Source of the DNA: Nitrospirota bacterium
GTDB lineage: Bacteria > Nitrospirota > UBA9217
Assembly: GCA_963749655.1 (NCBI GenBank)
Contig: CAVVOB010000013.1
Location: forward strand, 1 to 64,000
DNA: 64,000 nucleotides
Reading direction: 5' to 3'
The position numbers were made by a program, and so were the translations under genes. Shown here piece after piece: positions 30,026 through 39,712 of this stretch (the stretch's first letter is position 1; each line of letters opens with the position of its first letter). The notes beneath the pieces are model-generated. The model saw only the letters and a program-made list of their open reading frames with translations. It had not been told where the DNA came from and made no database searches.

Positions 30026-32218
30026 ATGCCGAAAGTCCAATTCATCTTTGCGATCCATAATCATCAACCTGTCGGCAATTTCGAGTTCGTGGCTGAGGAA
30101 GCGTACCAGAAGTCCTACCTGCCCTTTGTTAAGGTCCTCGAGCGACACCCGAAAATAAAGGTCACCCTGCACTACACGGGCATTCTCTATCGTTTTTTCG
30201 AGGAGAAACATCCCGAATTCATCGATATGCTGCGGCAGCTCGTGAAGGATGGACGCACGGAGATCCTTTCGGGCGGGTTCTACGAGCCTATTCTGGCTGT
30301 GCTGCCCGATGAGGACAAGATCGGCCAGATCCGGGCGCTCACCGACCATATCCGGAAAACGGTGGGGTACGCTGCCGCAGGCATGTGGCTCGCAGAACGG
30401 GTGTGGGAGCCGCACCTCCCGAAACAGCTCGCCGCCGCGGGCATCAACCACGTTGTTGTCGATGATTTTCATTTCAAGATGGCCGGTCTCCGCGACAACG
30501 ACCTCGACGGCTGTTATATATCGGAAGAACAGGGCAGCATGGTCCGGATCTTCCCGGGGAGCGAGCGGCTCCGGTACCTGATCCCTTTTCATCCGCCCCA
30601 GGAAACGATCGGCTTCCTGTCACAGCTGCGGTCATCGGAACGGAACCGGCTCGCGGTCATGGCCGATGACGGGGAAAAATTCGGCGTCTGGCCGGAGACG
30701 TACCACACGGTCTATGAAGAAGGATGGCTCGAGCGGTTCTTCACGCTGATCGAGGAGAACGGCGAGTGGCTCGAGACAACGACCTTCGCGGAATATCTGA
30801 ACAAGGAACTTCCCCTCGGCAGGGTCTATCTTCCTACGGCGTCGTACAGGGAAATGGGGGAGTGGACGCTCCCGGCGCCCGCGATGAAGGAATACGAGGA
30901 TTCCCTGGCAAAGCTGAAGAACCTTCCTGACTTCGGCGTATTGCGGACCTTCATCAGCGGCGGCACCTGGCGGAATTTCCTGGCCAAATATCCCGAGAGC
31001 AATCACATGCATAAACGCATGATGATGGCGAGCCGGAAGGTCCGTGAAGCGCTTGCAAAACAGGCCGGACGGGGCGTGAAGCGGTCCGCCGAAGCCTCGA
31101 AGATGCTCGACCATCTCTACCAGTCGCAGTGCAACGACGCCTACTGGCACGGCGTCTTCGGGGGCCTCTACCTGCCGCACCTGCGGTCCGGCGTCTATGA
31201 ACATCTCCTCCGGGCTGAATATCTTGCCGACGGGATCCTGAATTGTCCGGACTCCGAAAGCCGGGCCCCGGCGAAACAGAAAAAGAACGTCCAGCCCGGG
31301 TGGCTCGAGATCGAGGCAGGGGATTTCGACGGGAACGGGAGCGGCGAGTATATGCTCAATTCAGGGCTGATGAACATCTTCATCGACCCTGCCGAAGGCG
31401 GCAGGATCGGGGAGGTGGACTGGAAGCCGCGTTTCTTCAACCTCACCAACACGCTTACACGCCGGCACGAGGTCTATCACGAGAAGATCGTTCAGTTGGC
31501 CGGCGAACAGGCCGGCGCGTCAACAGGCGCCGCGAAGACCATCCACGAGCGGGTGGCTGTCAAGGAAGAAGGGCTTCAGGACCATCTGTCCTATGACCGG
31601 TATTGCCGGGGCTCACTGCTCGATCATTTCTTCGGGTCCGGCGCCGACCTTGCCGGTTTCATGCAGTCCCGGTATGAAGAGGCCGGAGATTTTGTTCATG
31701 GCGCCTACGAGGCCGGAGCGCGGAAGCAGGGGGGCGTTGCGACGGTCCGGCTCGAACGGCGGGGAACCGTGGCAGGGCTCCATGTCCTGCTCGCGAAAGA
31801 GATATCCCTCGGCCGCAACGCATCGGATTTTTCCGTGCACTATGCCATTACGAACCTGAGCACCGAGGAGCTGAACACCTCCTTCGGGAGCGAATTCAAC
31901 TTTTCCCTTCTCGCAGGCGATGCGCACGACCGTTATTATGATATTCCCGGCCACACCCTGGACAAGCGGAACCTTGCGTCCGTCGGCGAGACGAACAATG
32001 TCAGGCAGGTCAGCCTCACCGATGAGTGGCTCAAGCTCAGGCTTACGCTCTCCTTCGGCGAGCCGGCAGTGCTGTGGCGCGCCCCGGTTGAGACCGTTTC
32101 TCAGTCCGAGGCGGGCTTCGAGCGGGTCTATCAGAGCTCGATGGTCCTGCCGGTATGGCGCATCTCCCTCGGAGCCGGAAAGATATGGGAAGTAGAAAAT
32201 CGGATCCATCTTGAATAA
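30026..32218 (+). CDS. GH57 4-alpha-glucanotransferase/alpha-amylase (DUF1925/DUF1926 C-terminus)
   Basis: HNHQPVGN, WLAERVWEP, DDGEKFGVWP, QCNDAYWHGVFGGLYLPHLR, TVSQSEAGFERVYQ. Confidence 0.93.
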   Translation: MPKVQFIFAIHNHQPVGNFEFVAEEAYQKSYLPFVKVLERHPKIKVTLHYTGILYRFFEEKHPEFIDMLRQLVKDGRTEILSGGFYEPILAVLPDEDKIGQIRALTDHIRKTVGYAAAGMWLAERVWEPHLPKQLAAAGINHVVVDDFHFKMAGLRDNDLDGCYISEEQGSMVRIFPGSERLRYLIPFHPPQETIGFLSQLRSSERNRLAVMADDGEKFGVWPETYHTVYEEGWLERFFTLIEENGEWLETTTFAEYLNKELPLGRVYLPTASYREMGEWTLPAPAMKEYEDSLAKLKNLPDFGVLRTFISGGTWRNFLAKYPESNHMHKRMMMASRKVREALAKQAGRGVKRSAEASKMLDHLYQSQCNDAYWHGVFGGLYLPHLRSGVYEHLLRAEYLADGILNCPDSESRAPAKQKKNVQPGWLEIEAGDFDGNGSGEYMLNSGLMNIFIDPAEGGRIGEVDWKPRFFNLTNTLTRRHEVYHEKIVQLAGEQAGASTGAAKTIHERVAVKEEGLQDHLSYDRYCRGSLLDHFFGSGADLAGFMQSRYEEAGDFVHGAYEAGARKQGGVATVRLERRGTVAGLHVLLAKEISLGRNASDFSVHYAITNLSTEELNTSFGSEFNFSLLAGDAHDRYYDIPGHTLDKRNLASVGETNNVRQVSLTDEWLKLRLTLSFGEPAVLWRAPVETVSQSEAGFERVYQSSMVLPVWRISLGAGKIWEVENRIHLE

Positions 32219-32238
32219 CACATGAGGACATTATCGAA

Positions 32239-34050
32239 ATGAAGAAAATTTTAACTCAGTCTCTGCTGTTCCTGCTGCTTGCCGCGATCACCGCTGCGGC
32301 AGACGACAAGTCCCTCGGTATGAAGCAGTTTACGTCCGTGGACGAGATCGCGTCTTCCATTTCAGCATATTTTCCGAAGGTCCAGGGCGTGGTGAAATCC
32401 GTCCAGGGCGATCAGCTTACCATCACGCTGGGGACGAAGGACGGCGTCGTCAGCGGCGTGGAGCTGTCGCTGTGGCGGGACGGGAAAGAGATCCACCACC
32501 CCGTGACCGGCGAGGTCATCGGCCGGACCGAGGACGAGGTGGGCAGCCTCGAAATCAACACGGTCGGCGATACGACCTCCACGGGAGTGCTGAAGAAGAA
32601 ACTGAAGGAACCGATGGCGGGCGACAAGGCGCGGATCACGCCGAAGAAGATCGTCATGGCGATCGTTCCTCTGCGGACGGACCGCCCCGATATTATCGAG
32701 GGCATCCGGGAGCGCCTGAAGGACAGCAACCGGTTCGAGTTGATCGGGCATGACCGCATCAACGATTTTCTCTCCACGCACACGCAACGCGACGCCTCCC
32801 TGATCAAGGAGCTGGGGAGAACGTTCAAACTTGACGTCGTGGCAACGATCGAAGTCGTCCCTGCCGACACCAAGTATCTCGTGACCACCAGGCTTTTCTA
32901 TGCCGACGACGCGCAACCGCTCGACACGGTCGTGGCAATGCTCGACTTGAGATCGAAGGCGGACGCGTTGGGAGAGATCAGGCCCTTTTTTGCGCCGCCC
33001 AAGGAGGAGCGGGTCGTCACTCCCGAACTGCCCGTGGATGCGCGGTACTTCACGGTCGGCGATTTCGAAGGGGACGGCAAGATGGAGTACGCGTTCCTCG
33101 ACAGGGAGAGGCTTTCCATATACCGGTTTGATCTGAAGTGGCGGGAGATCTGGAAGGAAGACGTCCCGAAGGAATACGGCATGGTTTCCCTGGAATGGAG
33201 CGGTCAGAGCACGGTCGCCGACCCGTCAGCCGGCATCCAGTATATCAATATTGACGCCGCCGATATCGACGGGGACGGCAAAGCCGAGATCTTCGAAACG
33301 GCCATGCTGGGCGGCAAAGTGTTTTCCCGGGTGTTCAAGTACGATGAGGGCATATACCGCCACGGCGCCGATATCCCGGCCCTCCTGCGGGTGATAACGC
33401 TCCCGGGAAAGGGGCAGATCCTCGTCGGCCAGGATTTTGACCCGAACACGTTCTATAGCGGCGCCCTCCGGCAGTATACCTGGTCGGGCAATGCCTATGT
33501 TCCCGGCCCCACGGTGTCTGTTCCTCCCGGAGTAGGATTGTACGGATTTGCGTTGTCCGGTCTGGGAGAACAGAACACGTTGTGCATCGCTTTCGACAGC
33601 GATGACAAACTGGTCGTCTATTCCAAGGACGTAGCGGTGTGGAAGAGCGAAAAGAAATACACCTCCGTGCCCTCAGTCGTTTACCTGCCCGCCACGGGGC
33701 TCAGTGCAGTGTTGTCCGGCTCCTCACCGGAAAAGAACAAAAGACAGCGAATACCGGGCAGGATATCCGTCCTGGACATCAACGGCGATGGAAAGGATGA
33801 GGTGCTGCTCCCGATGCATGAGGGGGGGACCATTCTGAATCCTGTGATGAAAGGCGAACTGGCCGGCTTGAAATGGACCGGTGCGCGCCTCGAAGAGGCC
33901 TGGAGCGTGAAAGCCCTGCCGGGCGCGGTGCTTGATTTCCAGGTGATACGGACCGCGTCAGGCGCCTCCCAATTGCTTGGCCTGGTCAAAACAGCGGGTG
34001 GGCTGTTCTCGAAGGACCGGCAGCAGGTGATGGTCTTTTCGTTTCAGTAA
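32239..34050 (+). CDS. Secreted FG-GAP/VCBS-repeat protein
   Basis: Signal peptide; GDFEGDGKME, DIDGDGKAE and DINGDGKDE repeats. Confidence 0.8.
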   Translation: MKKILTQSLLFLLLAAITAAADDKSLGMKQFTSVDEIASSISAYFPKVQGVVKSVQGDQLTITLGTKDGVVSGVELSLWRDGKEIHHPVTGEVIGRTEDEVGSLEINTVGDTTSTGVLKKKLKEPMAGDKARITPKKIVMAIVPLRTDRPDIIEGIRERLKDSNRFELIGHDRINDFLSTHTQRDASLIKELGRTFKLDVVATIEVVPADTKYLVTTRLFYADDAQPLDTVVAMLDLRSKADALGEIRPFFAPPKEERVVTPELPVDARYFTVGDFEGDGKMEYAFLDRERLSIYRFDLKWREIWKEDVPKEYGMVSLEWSGQSTVADPSAGIQYINIDAADIDGDGKAEIFETAMLGGKVFSRVFKYDEGIYRHGADIPALLRVITLPGKGQILVGQDFDPNTFYSGALRQYTWSGNAYVPGPTVSVPPGVGLYGFALSGLGEQNTLCIAFDSDDKLVVYSKDVAVWKSEKKYTSVPSVVYLPATGLSAVLSGSSPEKNKRQRIPGRISVLDINGDGKDEVLLPMHEGGTILNPVMKGELAGLKWTGARLEEAWSVKALPGAVLDFQVIRTASGASQLLGLVKTAGGLFSKDRQQVMVFSFQ

Positions 34051-34160
34051 CATGCTTGGAAATTACTTTCGGGAGCGGGAGAAGCGGTGAAGCTGAAGAA
34101 CGGGTGCATTTCAGGGCGCCGTCCCTTTATCCAGACAGTGAAGCGGAGAAATTGAAAGGC

Positions 34161-34913
34161 ATGAAAAGCAAGGATCTCAGTGTTGAGGAACTGCACGCCA
34201 GGGTAGCGGCGAACAGCCTTCCGAAACACCTGGCCATTATCATGGACGGCAACGGCAGATGGGCGGTGCGCAGGGGGCTTCCGCGGGTCGCCGGGCATAA
34301 GCGGGGCGCCGATTCGGTGCGGCGCACCGTCGAGGAGTGCCGGCAGCTCGGGATCGGCGTGCTCACGCTGTACGCCTTCTCGGACGAGAACTGGGGCAGG
34401 CCTAAAGAGGAAGTGGGCTTTCTCATGGATATGCTCGGGTCCTTTCTGAAGGAAGAGATCGCCGCGATGAAGAAGAACGGCATCAAGTTCCGCACCATCG
34501 GCAGGATAGAGCGTCTTCCTGCCGCAGTGCGGTCGTGGATCGAAAAAGCGGTGAAGGAGACGGAGGCCAACAACGGGATGGTCCTGAACCTCGCCCTGTC
34601 CTACGGCGGCCGGGGAGAGATCCTCGAAGCCTTCAGACGGGCGGAAGCCGCCGGCGTCTCTGCCGACCGGATGAGCGACGAGACCTTCGCCTCTTTTCTC
34701 GATACCGCGGGCCTGCCGGACCCGGACCTTATCATCCGCACGAGCGGCGAAAAAAGGATCAGCAACTTCCTCCTGTGGCAGGCCGCGTACGCAGAGTTCT
34801 ATTTTGCCGATGTCCTGTGGCCGGATTTCAGCAAGAGGGAACTTCTCGCCGCGCTGCTCGACTATCAGGGTCGGCAGCGCAGGTTCGGCCTTACCCAGGA
34901 GCAGCTCGTTTGA
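34161..34913 (+). CDS. uppS: Undecaprenyl diphosphate synthase
   Basis: HLAIIMDGNGRWA, YAFSDENWGRP, DLIIRTSGEKRISNFLLWQ. Confidence 0.97.
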   Translation: MKSKDLSVEELHARVAANSLPKHLAIIMDGNGRWAVRRGLPRVAGHKRGADSVRRTVEECRQLGIGVLTLYAFSDENWGRPKEEVGFLMDMLGSFLKEEIAAMKKNGIKFRTIGRIERLPAAVRSWIEKAVKETEANNGMVLNLALSYGGRGEILEAFRRAEAAGVSADRMSDETFASFLDTAGLPDPDLIIRTSGEKRISNFLLWQAAYAEFYFADVLWPDFSKRELLAALLDYQGRQRRFGLTQEQLV

Positions 34914-35018
34914 AAATGAGAACAGGCGTTTTTGCGGGTTTCCGAAGAACGTGAAAGAATATTCCCCGGAGAAGTTTGCAGGGGTTGCAGAGAATTAAAA
35001 ACGTGAGGGGGGCGATGC

Positions 35019-35819
35019 ATGCTGCACAAGCGAGTGATCTCGGCACTTCTGTTTCTCCCCATATTCTACCTTGTGTCGTGGAGGCTGCCAGCCCTTTATT
35101 TTACGGCGCTGGTGCTGGCAGCGGCCCTCATGGGGCAGTATGAATTCTATCGCATGGCAAGAGAGCGGGGGAGTCGTCCCCACCTGGTGCTCGGCATGGC
35201 AGCGGGCGCATTCATCGTATTGGAGTTCTATCATCCGCTGGTTTCAGGGATGGGGGGGATGTTCCCGGTCGCGGTCGTCGTCCTCGCCATCATGATCGCC
35301 CGGCTCTTTTCGGCCCGTCCTGTCGAGGGGGCGATCGAGGACGTGTCGGCATCGCTTCTCGGCGTGCTGTACGTGGCGCTCTTGTTCGGCTATCAGGTCG
35401 GCGTTCGCACCGGAATGCACGGGAAACAATGGCTGGTCTTCCTCTACTTCATCATCTGGGCCTCCGACATCGGCGCTTATTCCATCGGCATCCCCTTCGG
35501 CAAACACCGGCTGTATGAGAAGATCAGCCCCAAGAAGAGCATCGAGGGGCTGATGGGCGCTCTTGCGGCTTCAGCGGGCATGGCTCTGCTCTGCCGGGTG
35601 TGGTTCATGCCGTCCATCGGAGCGGGAGAGGCCGTCGGCATCGCGCTGGTGCTCGCCATCGTCGGCACCGTCGGCGATCTGGCTGAATCGATGTTCAAGC
35701 GGTCAGCGGGGATCAAAGACTCGGGCAGCATCATTCCCGGCCATGGCGGGATCCTGGACCGCATGGACAGCATGCTCTTTGCCGCGCCGGTGCTGTATTA
35801 CTATTTAAAGATGAGGTGA
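35019..35819 (+). CDS. cdsA: Phosphatidate cytidylyltransferase
   Basis: ISPKKSIEG, GDLAESMFKR...IKDSG...IPGHGGILDRMDS. Confidence 0.97.
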   Translation: MLHKRVISALLFLPIFYLVSWRLPALYFTALVLAAALMGQYEFYRMARERGSRPHLVLGMAAGAFIVLEFYHPLVSGMGGMFPVAVVVLAIMIARLFSARPVEGAIEDVSASLLGVLYVALLFGYQVGVRTGMHGKQWLVFLYFIIWASDIGAYSIGIPFGKHRLYEKISPKKSIEGLMGALAASAGMALLCRVWFMPSIGAGEAVGIALVLAIVGTVGDLAESMFKRSAGIKDSGSIIPGHGGILDRMDSMLFAAPVLYYYLKMR

Positions 35820-35821
35820 AA

Positions 35822-35909
35822 GAGAGAATGCAGCGGCCAGGAGCCGGAATGCAGAATGACGACCTTTCTGTTTTCAACTCCTGACTCCCGGTTTCTGAAT
35901 TCTGACTCC
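35822..35909. repeat. Degenerate heptamer inverted repeat between cdsA and dxr
   Basis: CCAGGAG CCGGAAT GCAGAAT ... CTCCTGA CTCCCGG TTTCTGA ATTCTGA CTCC. Confidence 0.6.
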
Positions 35910-35914
35910 TTTTT

Positions 35915-37081
35915 ATGAAAACAATCTCCATACTTGGTTCCACCGGGTCCATCGGGCAATCGACCCTTTCAGTGGTCGAGAAATTTTCCGACCGCTTTCG
36001 GGTTGTGGCCCTCGCAGCAGGCAATAACATAGATCTCCTGGAACGGCAGGTGAGGCAGTTCAGGCCTTCCGTCGTTTCCCTGTCCGGCGAGGAGCTTGCC
36101 GCGACCCTCAGGAAGCGCTGCAACGGATTGAACGTCCGCATCCTGTCCGGCATAGAGGGGATGATCCAGGTTGCATCGGCGGAGGAAGCGGACATTACGG
36201 TCTCGGCAATCGTTGGGACGGCCGGACTGGTGCCGACCATGGCCGCGATCCGCTCGGGAAAGACCATTGCCCTGGCGAACAAGGAAGTGCTCGTGACCGC
36301 CGGGGAACTGGTCATGGAGGAGTGCCGCAGCCGGGGGGTAAGCCTGCTTCCCGTGGACAGCGAACACAGCGCTATTTTCCAGTGCCGGCAGGCCGGCGAA
36401 GGGCGGGACATCCGGCAGCTCATTCTGACGGCATCAGGCGGGCCGTTCCGGGGATATTCGAAAGCGGACCTGGCGAAGGTCACGCTGGCACAGGCGCTCA
36501 AACATCCGAACTGGAGCATGGGCAGGAAGATCACCATCGATTCGGCGACGCTCATGAACAAGGGACTCGAAGTGATCGAAGCGCGGTGGCTCTTCGGGCT
36601 GCCGCCGGAGCAGATCAAGGTGCTTGTCCATCCCCAGAGCATCGTTCATTCCATGGTGGAGTATCGGGACGGGGCGGTCGTCGCCCAGCTCGGCATGCCC
36701 GATATGAAAGGCCCCATCGCCTATGCGCTCTCCTATCCCGAGCGCCTGGAGAGTGTGTCCCCGGCCCTGGACCTTGCCCGCGTGGGAACGCTCACCTTCG
36801 AGGAGCCTGATCTCGGCCTCTTCCCCTGCCTGGCCTATGCCTTCGATGCTCTGCAAGCCGGGGGCACCATGCCCGCGGTTGTGTCGGCCGCGAACGAGGT
36901 GGCGGTTAAACATTTTCTCGCCGAGAACATCGGCTACGGCGACATTGCCCGCGTCATCAGGACGACCATGGATGCCCACGCGCCTGGGCCCATCAAGACC
37001 GTCGAGGATGCGCTCAAGGCGGACCTCTGGGCACGGCAGAAAGCGGAGAAAATCATAGCAACGAAATTTAACCACGGATGA
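35915..37081 (+). CDS. dxr: 1-deoxy-D-xylulose-5-phosphate reductoisomerase
   Basis: ILGSTGSIG, LANKE, PVDSEH, LTASGGPF, NKGLEVIEA. Confidence 0.97.
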   Translation: MKTISILGSTGSIGQSTLSVVEKFSDRFRVVALAAGNNIDLLERQVRQFRPSVVSLSGEELAATLRKRCNGLNVRILSGIEGMIQVASAEEADITVSAIVGTAGLVPTMAAIRSGKTIALANKEVLVTAGELVMEECRSRGVSLLPVDSEHSAIFQCRQAGEGRDIRQLILTASGGPFRGYSKADLAKVTLAQALKHPNWSMGRKITIDSATLMNKGLEVIEARWLFGLPPEQIKVLVHPQSIVHSMVEYRDGAVVAQLGMPDMKGPIAYALSYPERLESVSPALDLARVGTLTFEEPDLGLFPCLAYAFDALQAGGTMPAVVSAANEVAVKHFLAENIGYGDIARVIRTTMDAHAPGPIKTVEDALKADLWARQKAEKIIATKFNHG

Positions 37082-37171
37082 ACACGGATAAACACTGAAA
37101 CATCAGGGCGTGTGCTGAATAATCTTCGGGGGTCTGCCCGTATCTGCGTTCATCTGTGTTAATCTGTGGTT
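37070..37171. repeat. Tandem-decamer inverted repeat (ACACGGAT type) overlapping the dxr stop
   Basis: AACCACGGATGAACACGGATAAACACTGAAA ... ATCTGCGTTCATCTGTGTTAATCTGTGGTT. Confidence 0.85.
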
Positions 37172-37188
37172 CCCGACAAGGAGTTTTC

Positions 37189-38472
37189 ATGACATTAATC
37201 TACTTTCTCATCGTAATCGGCATCCTCGTGTTCGTGCACGAGTTCGGTCACTTTGTTATGGCGAAGCGGGCCGGCGTGCGGGTCGAGAAATTTTCCCTGG
37301 GCATGGGGCCCAAGCTGTTCGGGTACAAGAAGGGCGACACCGAGTACGTTCTCTCCGCATTGCCGCTGGGCGGCTACGTCAAAATGGCCGGTGAGAATCC
37401 GGACGAGGAACCGACCGGCGCGGCCGATGAGTTCCAGTCCAAGTCCGTCTGGCAGCGCGTCAAGATCGCGGCCACCGGGCCGCTCACGAACATTGTACTT
37501 GCCTTTCTCGTGATGCCTCTCGTTTTTATGGTCGGGACCTATACTGAGGGACCGGCCCAGGTCGGATTCGTGGAAAAGGGTTCTCCTGCCGAACGCGCGG
37601 GATTCACGGCCGGAGACGTGATCGAGGAGATCAACGGCAGGAGCATCGACGACTGGACTAAGGCACTGTCCCTGATCGCGGTCAATCCCGACACGGACGT
37701 GAAGGTAGTCATCAACCGCAGCGGCGAACGGAAAGAACTTTTGCTGCGGCCGGAGACGGCAACGGAGCTCAAGATCGGCATGTCGGGCCTTATTCCGAAC
37801 ATGCCGGCGGAGATCGGCAAGCTCAAGCCCGGGTTCCCGGCTGATAAGGCGGGGATCAAGGCGAACGACAAGGTTCTCGCCATCGACGGCACGACGATCT
37901 ACCACTGGAACCAGCTGTCTGCTCTGGTGAAGGAGAGCCAGGGGAAACCCCTTGTCTTGATTCTCGAACGCAACGGCGAACGTTTGCAGAGGACGATGAC
38001 CCCCGTGAAGGACGGGGGGCGCTATGTGATCGGCGTGGAGCCGGTCATGAGGCTCGTGTTCAAGAAGTACGGTGTTATCGACTCGTTGCGCCTCGGATTC
38101 AACAAAACAATAGAATCCATCGACCTCACGTACATTACGCTGAAGAAGCTGGTGACTTTCAACCTTTCCATTAAGACGCTCGGCGGACCGGTGATGATCG
38201 CGCAGATGTCGGGCCAGGCTGCTGCTGCGGGCCTGTCTTCCTTCCTGTCGCTTCTCGCCATGATCAGCATATCCCTCGGCATCCTGAACCTGCTCCCTAT
38301 ACCCGTGCTGGACGGAGGGCTGATCCTGTTCCTCGTGATCGAAGCCGTTCGCAAGAAGCCGCTGGCCAGAAAGACCATGGAAGTGGCCCAGAGCATAGGC
38401 GCGGCCGTGCTGATCACCCTTATCGCAGTCGTGTCCTACAACGATGTCATGAGGATGTTCTTCAGCAAATAA
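37189..38472 (+). CDS. rseP: RIP metalloprotease RseP
   Basis: HEFGH, two PDZ domains, NLLPIPVLDGG. Confidence 0.96.
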   Translation: MTLIYFLIVIGILVFVHEFGHFVMAKRAGVRVEKFSLGMGPKLFGYKKGDTEYVLSALPLGGYVKMAGENPDEEPTGAADEFQSKSVWQRVKIAATGPLTNIVLAFLVMPLVFMVGTYTEGPAQVGFVEKGSPAERAGFTAGDVIEEINGRSIDDWTKALSLIAVNPDTDVKVVINRSGERKELLLRPETATELKIGMSGLIPNMPAEIGKLKPGFPADKAGIKANDKVLAIDGTTIYHWNQLSALVKESQGKPLVLILERNGERLQRTMTPVKDGGRYVIGVEPVMRLVFKKYGVIDSLRLGFNKTIESIDLTYITLKKLVTFNLSIKTLGGPVMIAQMSGQAAAAGLSSFLSLLAMISISLGILNLLPIPVLDGGLILFLVIEAVRKKPLARKTMEVAQSIGAAVLITLIAVVSYNDVMRMFFSK

Positions 38473-38489
38473 CAATACCCGAGCCCAGT

Positions 38490-38555
38490 CTCACAGGAAG
38501 GCACGAAGGCACAAAGAGAACCGTTTTTCTTCGTGCCTTTGCGGCTTTGTGTGAG
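38490..38555. repeat. Tandem-nonamer inverted repeat between rseP and ispG
   Basis: CTCACAGGAAGGCACGAAGGCACAAAG ... CTTCGTGCCTTTGCGGCTTTGTGTGAG. Confidence 0.8.
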
Positions 38556-38578
38556 TATGGTTTTTTCAGAATGCGCTT

Positions 38579-39658
38579 ATGAGTAATCTCCCGACACGCA
38601 AAAAAACGAAGCAAATTACCCTCGGCGGGATCAAGATCGGCGGAGGCGCGCCCGTGGCGGTCCAGTCCATGTGCAACACGGACACCCGCGATTCAGCAAA
38701 GACCCTTGCCCAGATCGGACACCTGGAGCAGGCGGGGTGCGAGATCGTCAGGCTGGCGGTGCCCGATGAAGAAGCGGCGAAGGCGCTCGGTTTGATCCGG
38801 AAGGGCACGCAGATGCCGCTCATCGCAGACATCCACTTCGATTATCGTCTGGCGCTCGAAGCGGTCCGGCAGGGCGTGGACGGCCTGCGCATCAACCCCG
38901 GCAATATCGGCGGGAAAGAAAAGGTCTCTGAAGTGGTCCGGGCCTGCAGGGACCGGAACATCCCGATCCGCATCGGCGTGAACGCCGGCTCTCTTGAAAA
39001 GCACCTTCTGGAGAAGTACGGACATCCGACGCCGGAAGCCATTGTCGAGAGCGCCTTCGGTCACATCCGCATCCTCGAGGACCTGAATTTCAGCGACCTC
39101 AAAGTTTCACTCAAAGCCTCAGACGTAATGACCACGGTGGCGGCATACCGTTTGTTTTCGCAGAAGTCCGACTACCCGCTCCACATCGGCATTTCCGAGG
39201 CAGGCACGCTCTTCTCCGGAACGATCAAGTCGAGCGTAGGCCTCGGGATCCTTCTCTCCGAGGGTATCGGCGACACCATGCGCGTCTCGCTCACGGCAGA
39301 TCCGGTTGAGGAAGTGCGTGTCGCCTGGGAGATCATGAAATCGCTCAAAGTGCGCCAGCGCGGCGTGAACATCATATCCTGCCCCACCTGCGGCAGGACC
39401 GAGATCGACATCATCGGTCTCGCATCAGAGGTCGAGAAGCGGCTTGCTTCCGTCAAGGAGCCGATCACCGTGGCGGTCATGGGTTGCGTGGTGAACGGAC
39501 CAGGAGAGGCACGCGAAGCCGATGTGGGCATTGCCGGCGGCAAGGGTGTAGGGCTTCTGTTCAAGCACGGCGAGATCGTGAAGAAGTTCGACGAGAAGGA
39601 ACTGGCGGATGTGCTGGTGAAGGAGGTTGAGGAGATTGTAAAAGAGGGAAAGGAATAG
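38579..39658 (+). CDS. ispG: HMBPP synthase (GcpE)
   Basis: VQSMCNT, ADIHF, RINPGN, RIGVNAGS, SCPTCGR, VMGCVVNGPGE. Confidence 0.97.
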   Translation: MSNLPTRKKTKQITLGGIKIGGGAPVAVQSMCNTDTRDSAKTLAQIGHLEQAGCEIVRLAVPDEEAAKALGLIRKGTQMPLIADIHFDYRLALEAVRQGVDGLRINPGNIGGKEKVSEVVRACRDRNIPIRIGVNAGSLEKHLLEKYGHPTPEAIVESAFGHIRILEDLNFSDLKVSLKASDVMTTVAAYRLFSQKSDYPLHIGISEAGTLFSGTIKSSVGLGILLSEGIGDTMRVSLTADPVEEVRVAWEIMKSLKVRQRGVNIISCPTCGRTEIDIIGLASEVEKRLASVKEPITVAVMGCVVNGPGEAREADVGIAGGKGVGLLFKHGEIVKKFDEKELADVLVKEVEEIVKEGKE

Positions 39659-39712
39659 AGATAGGTCCTCTCCCTCGGAGGGGAGAGGATGAGAAAACCG
39701 TTTGGAGGTTTC

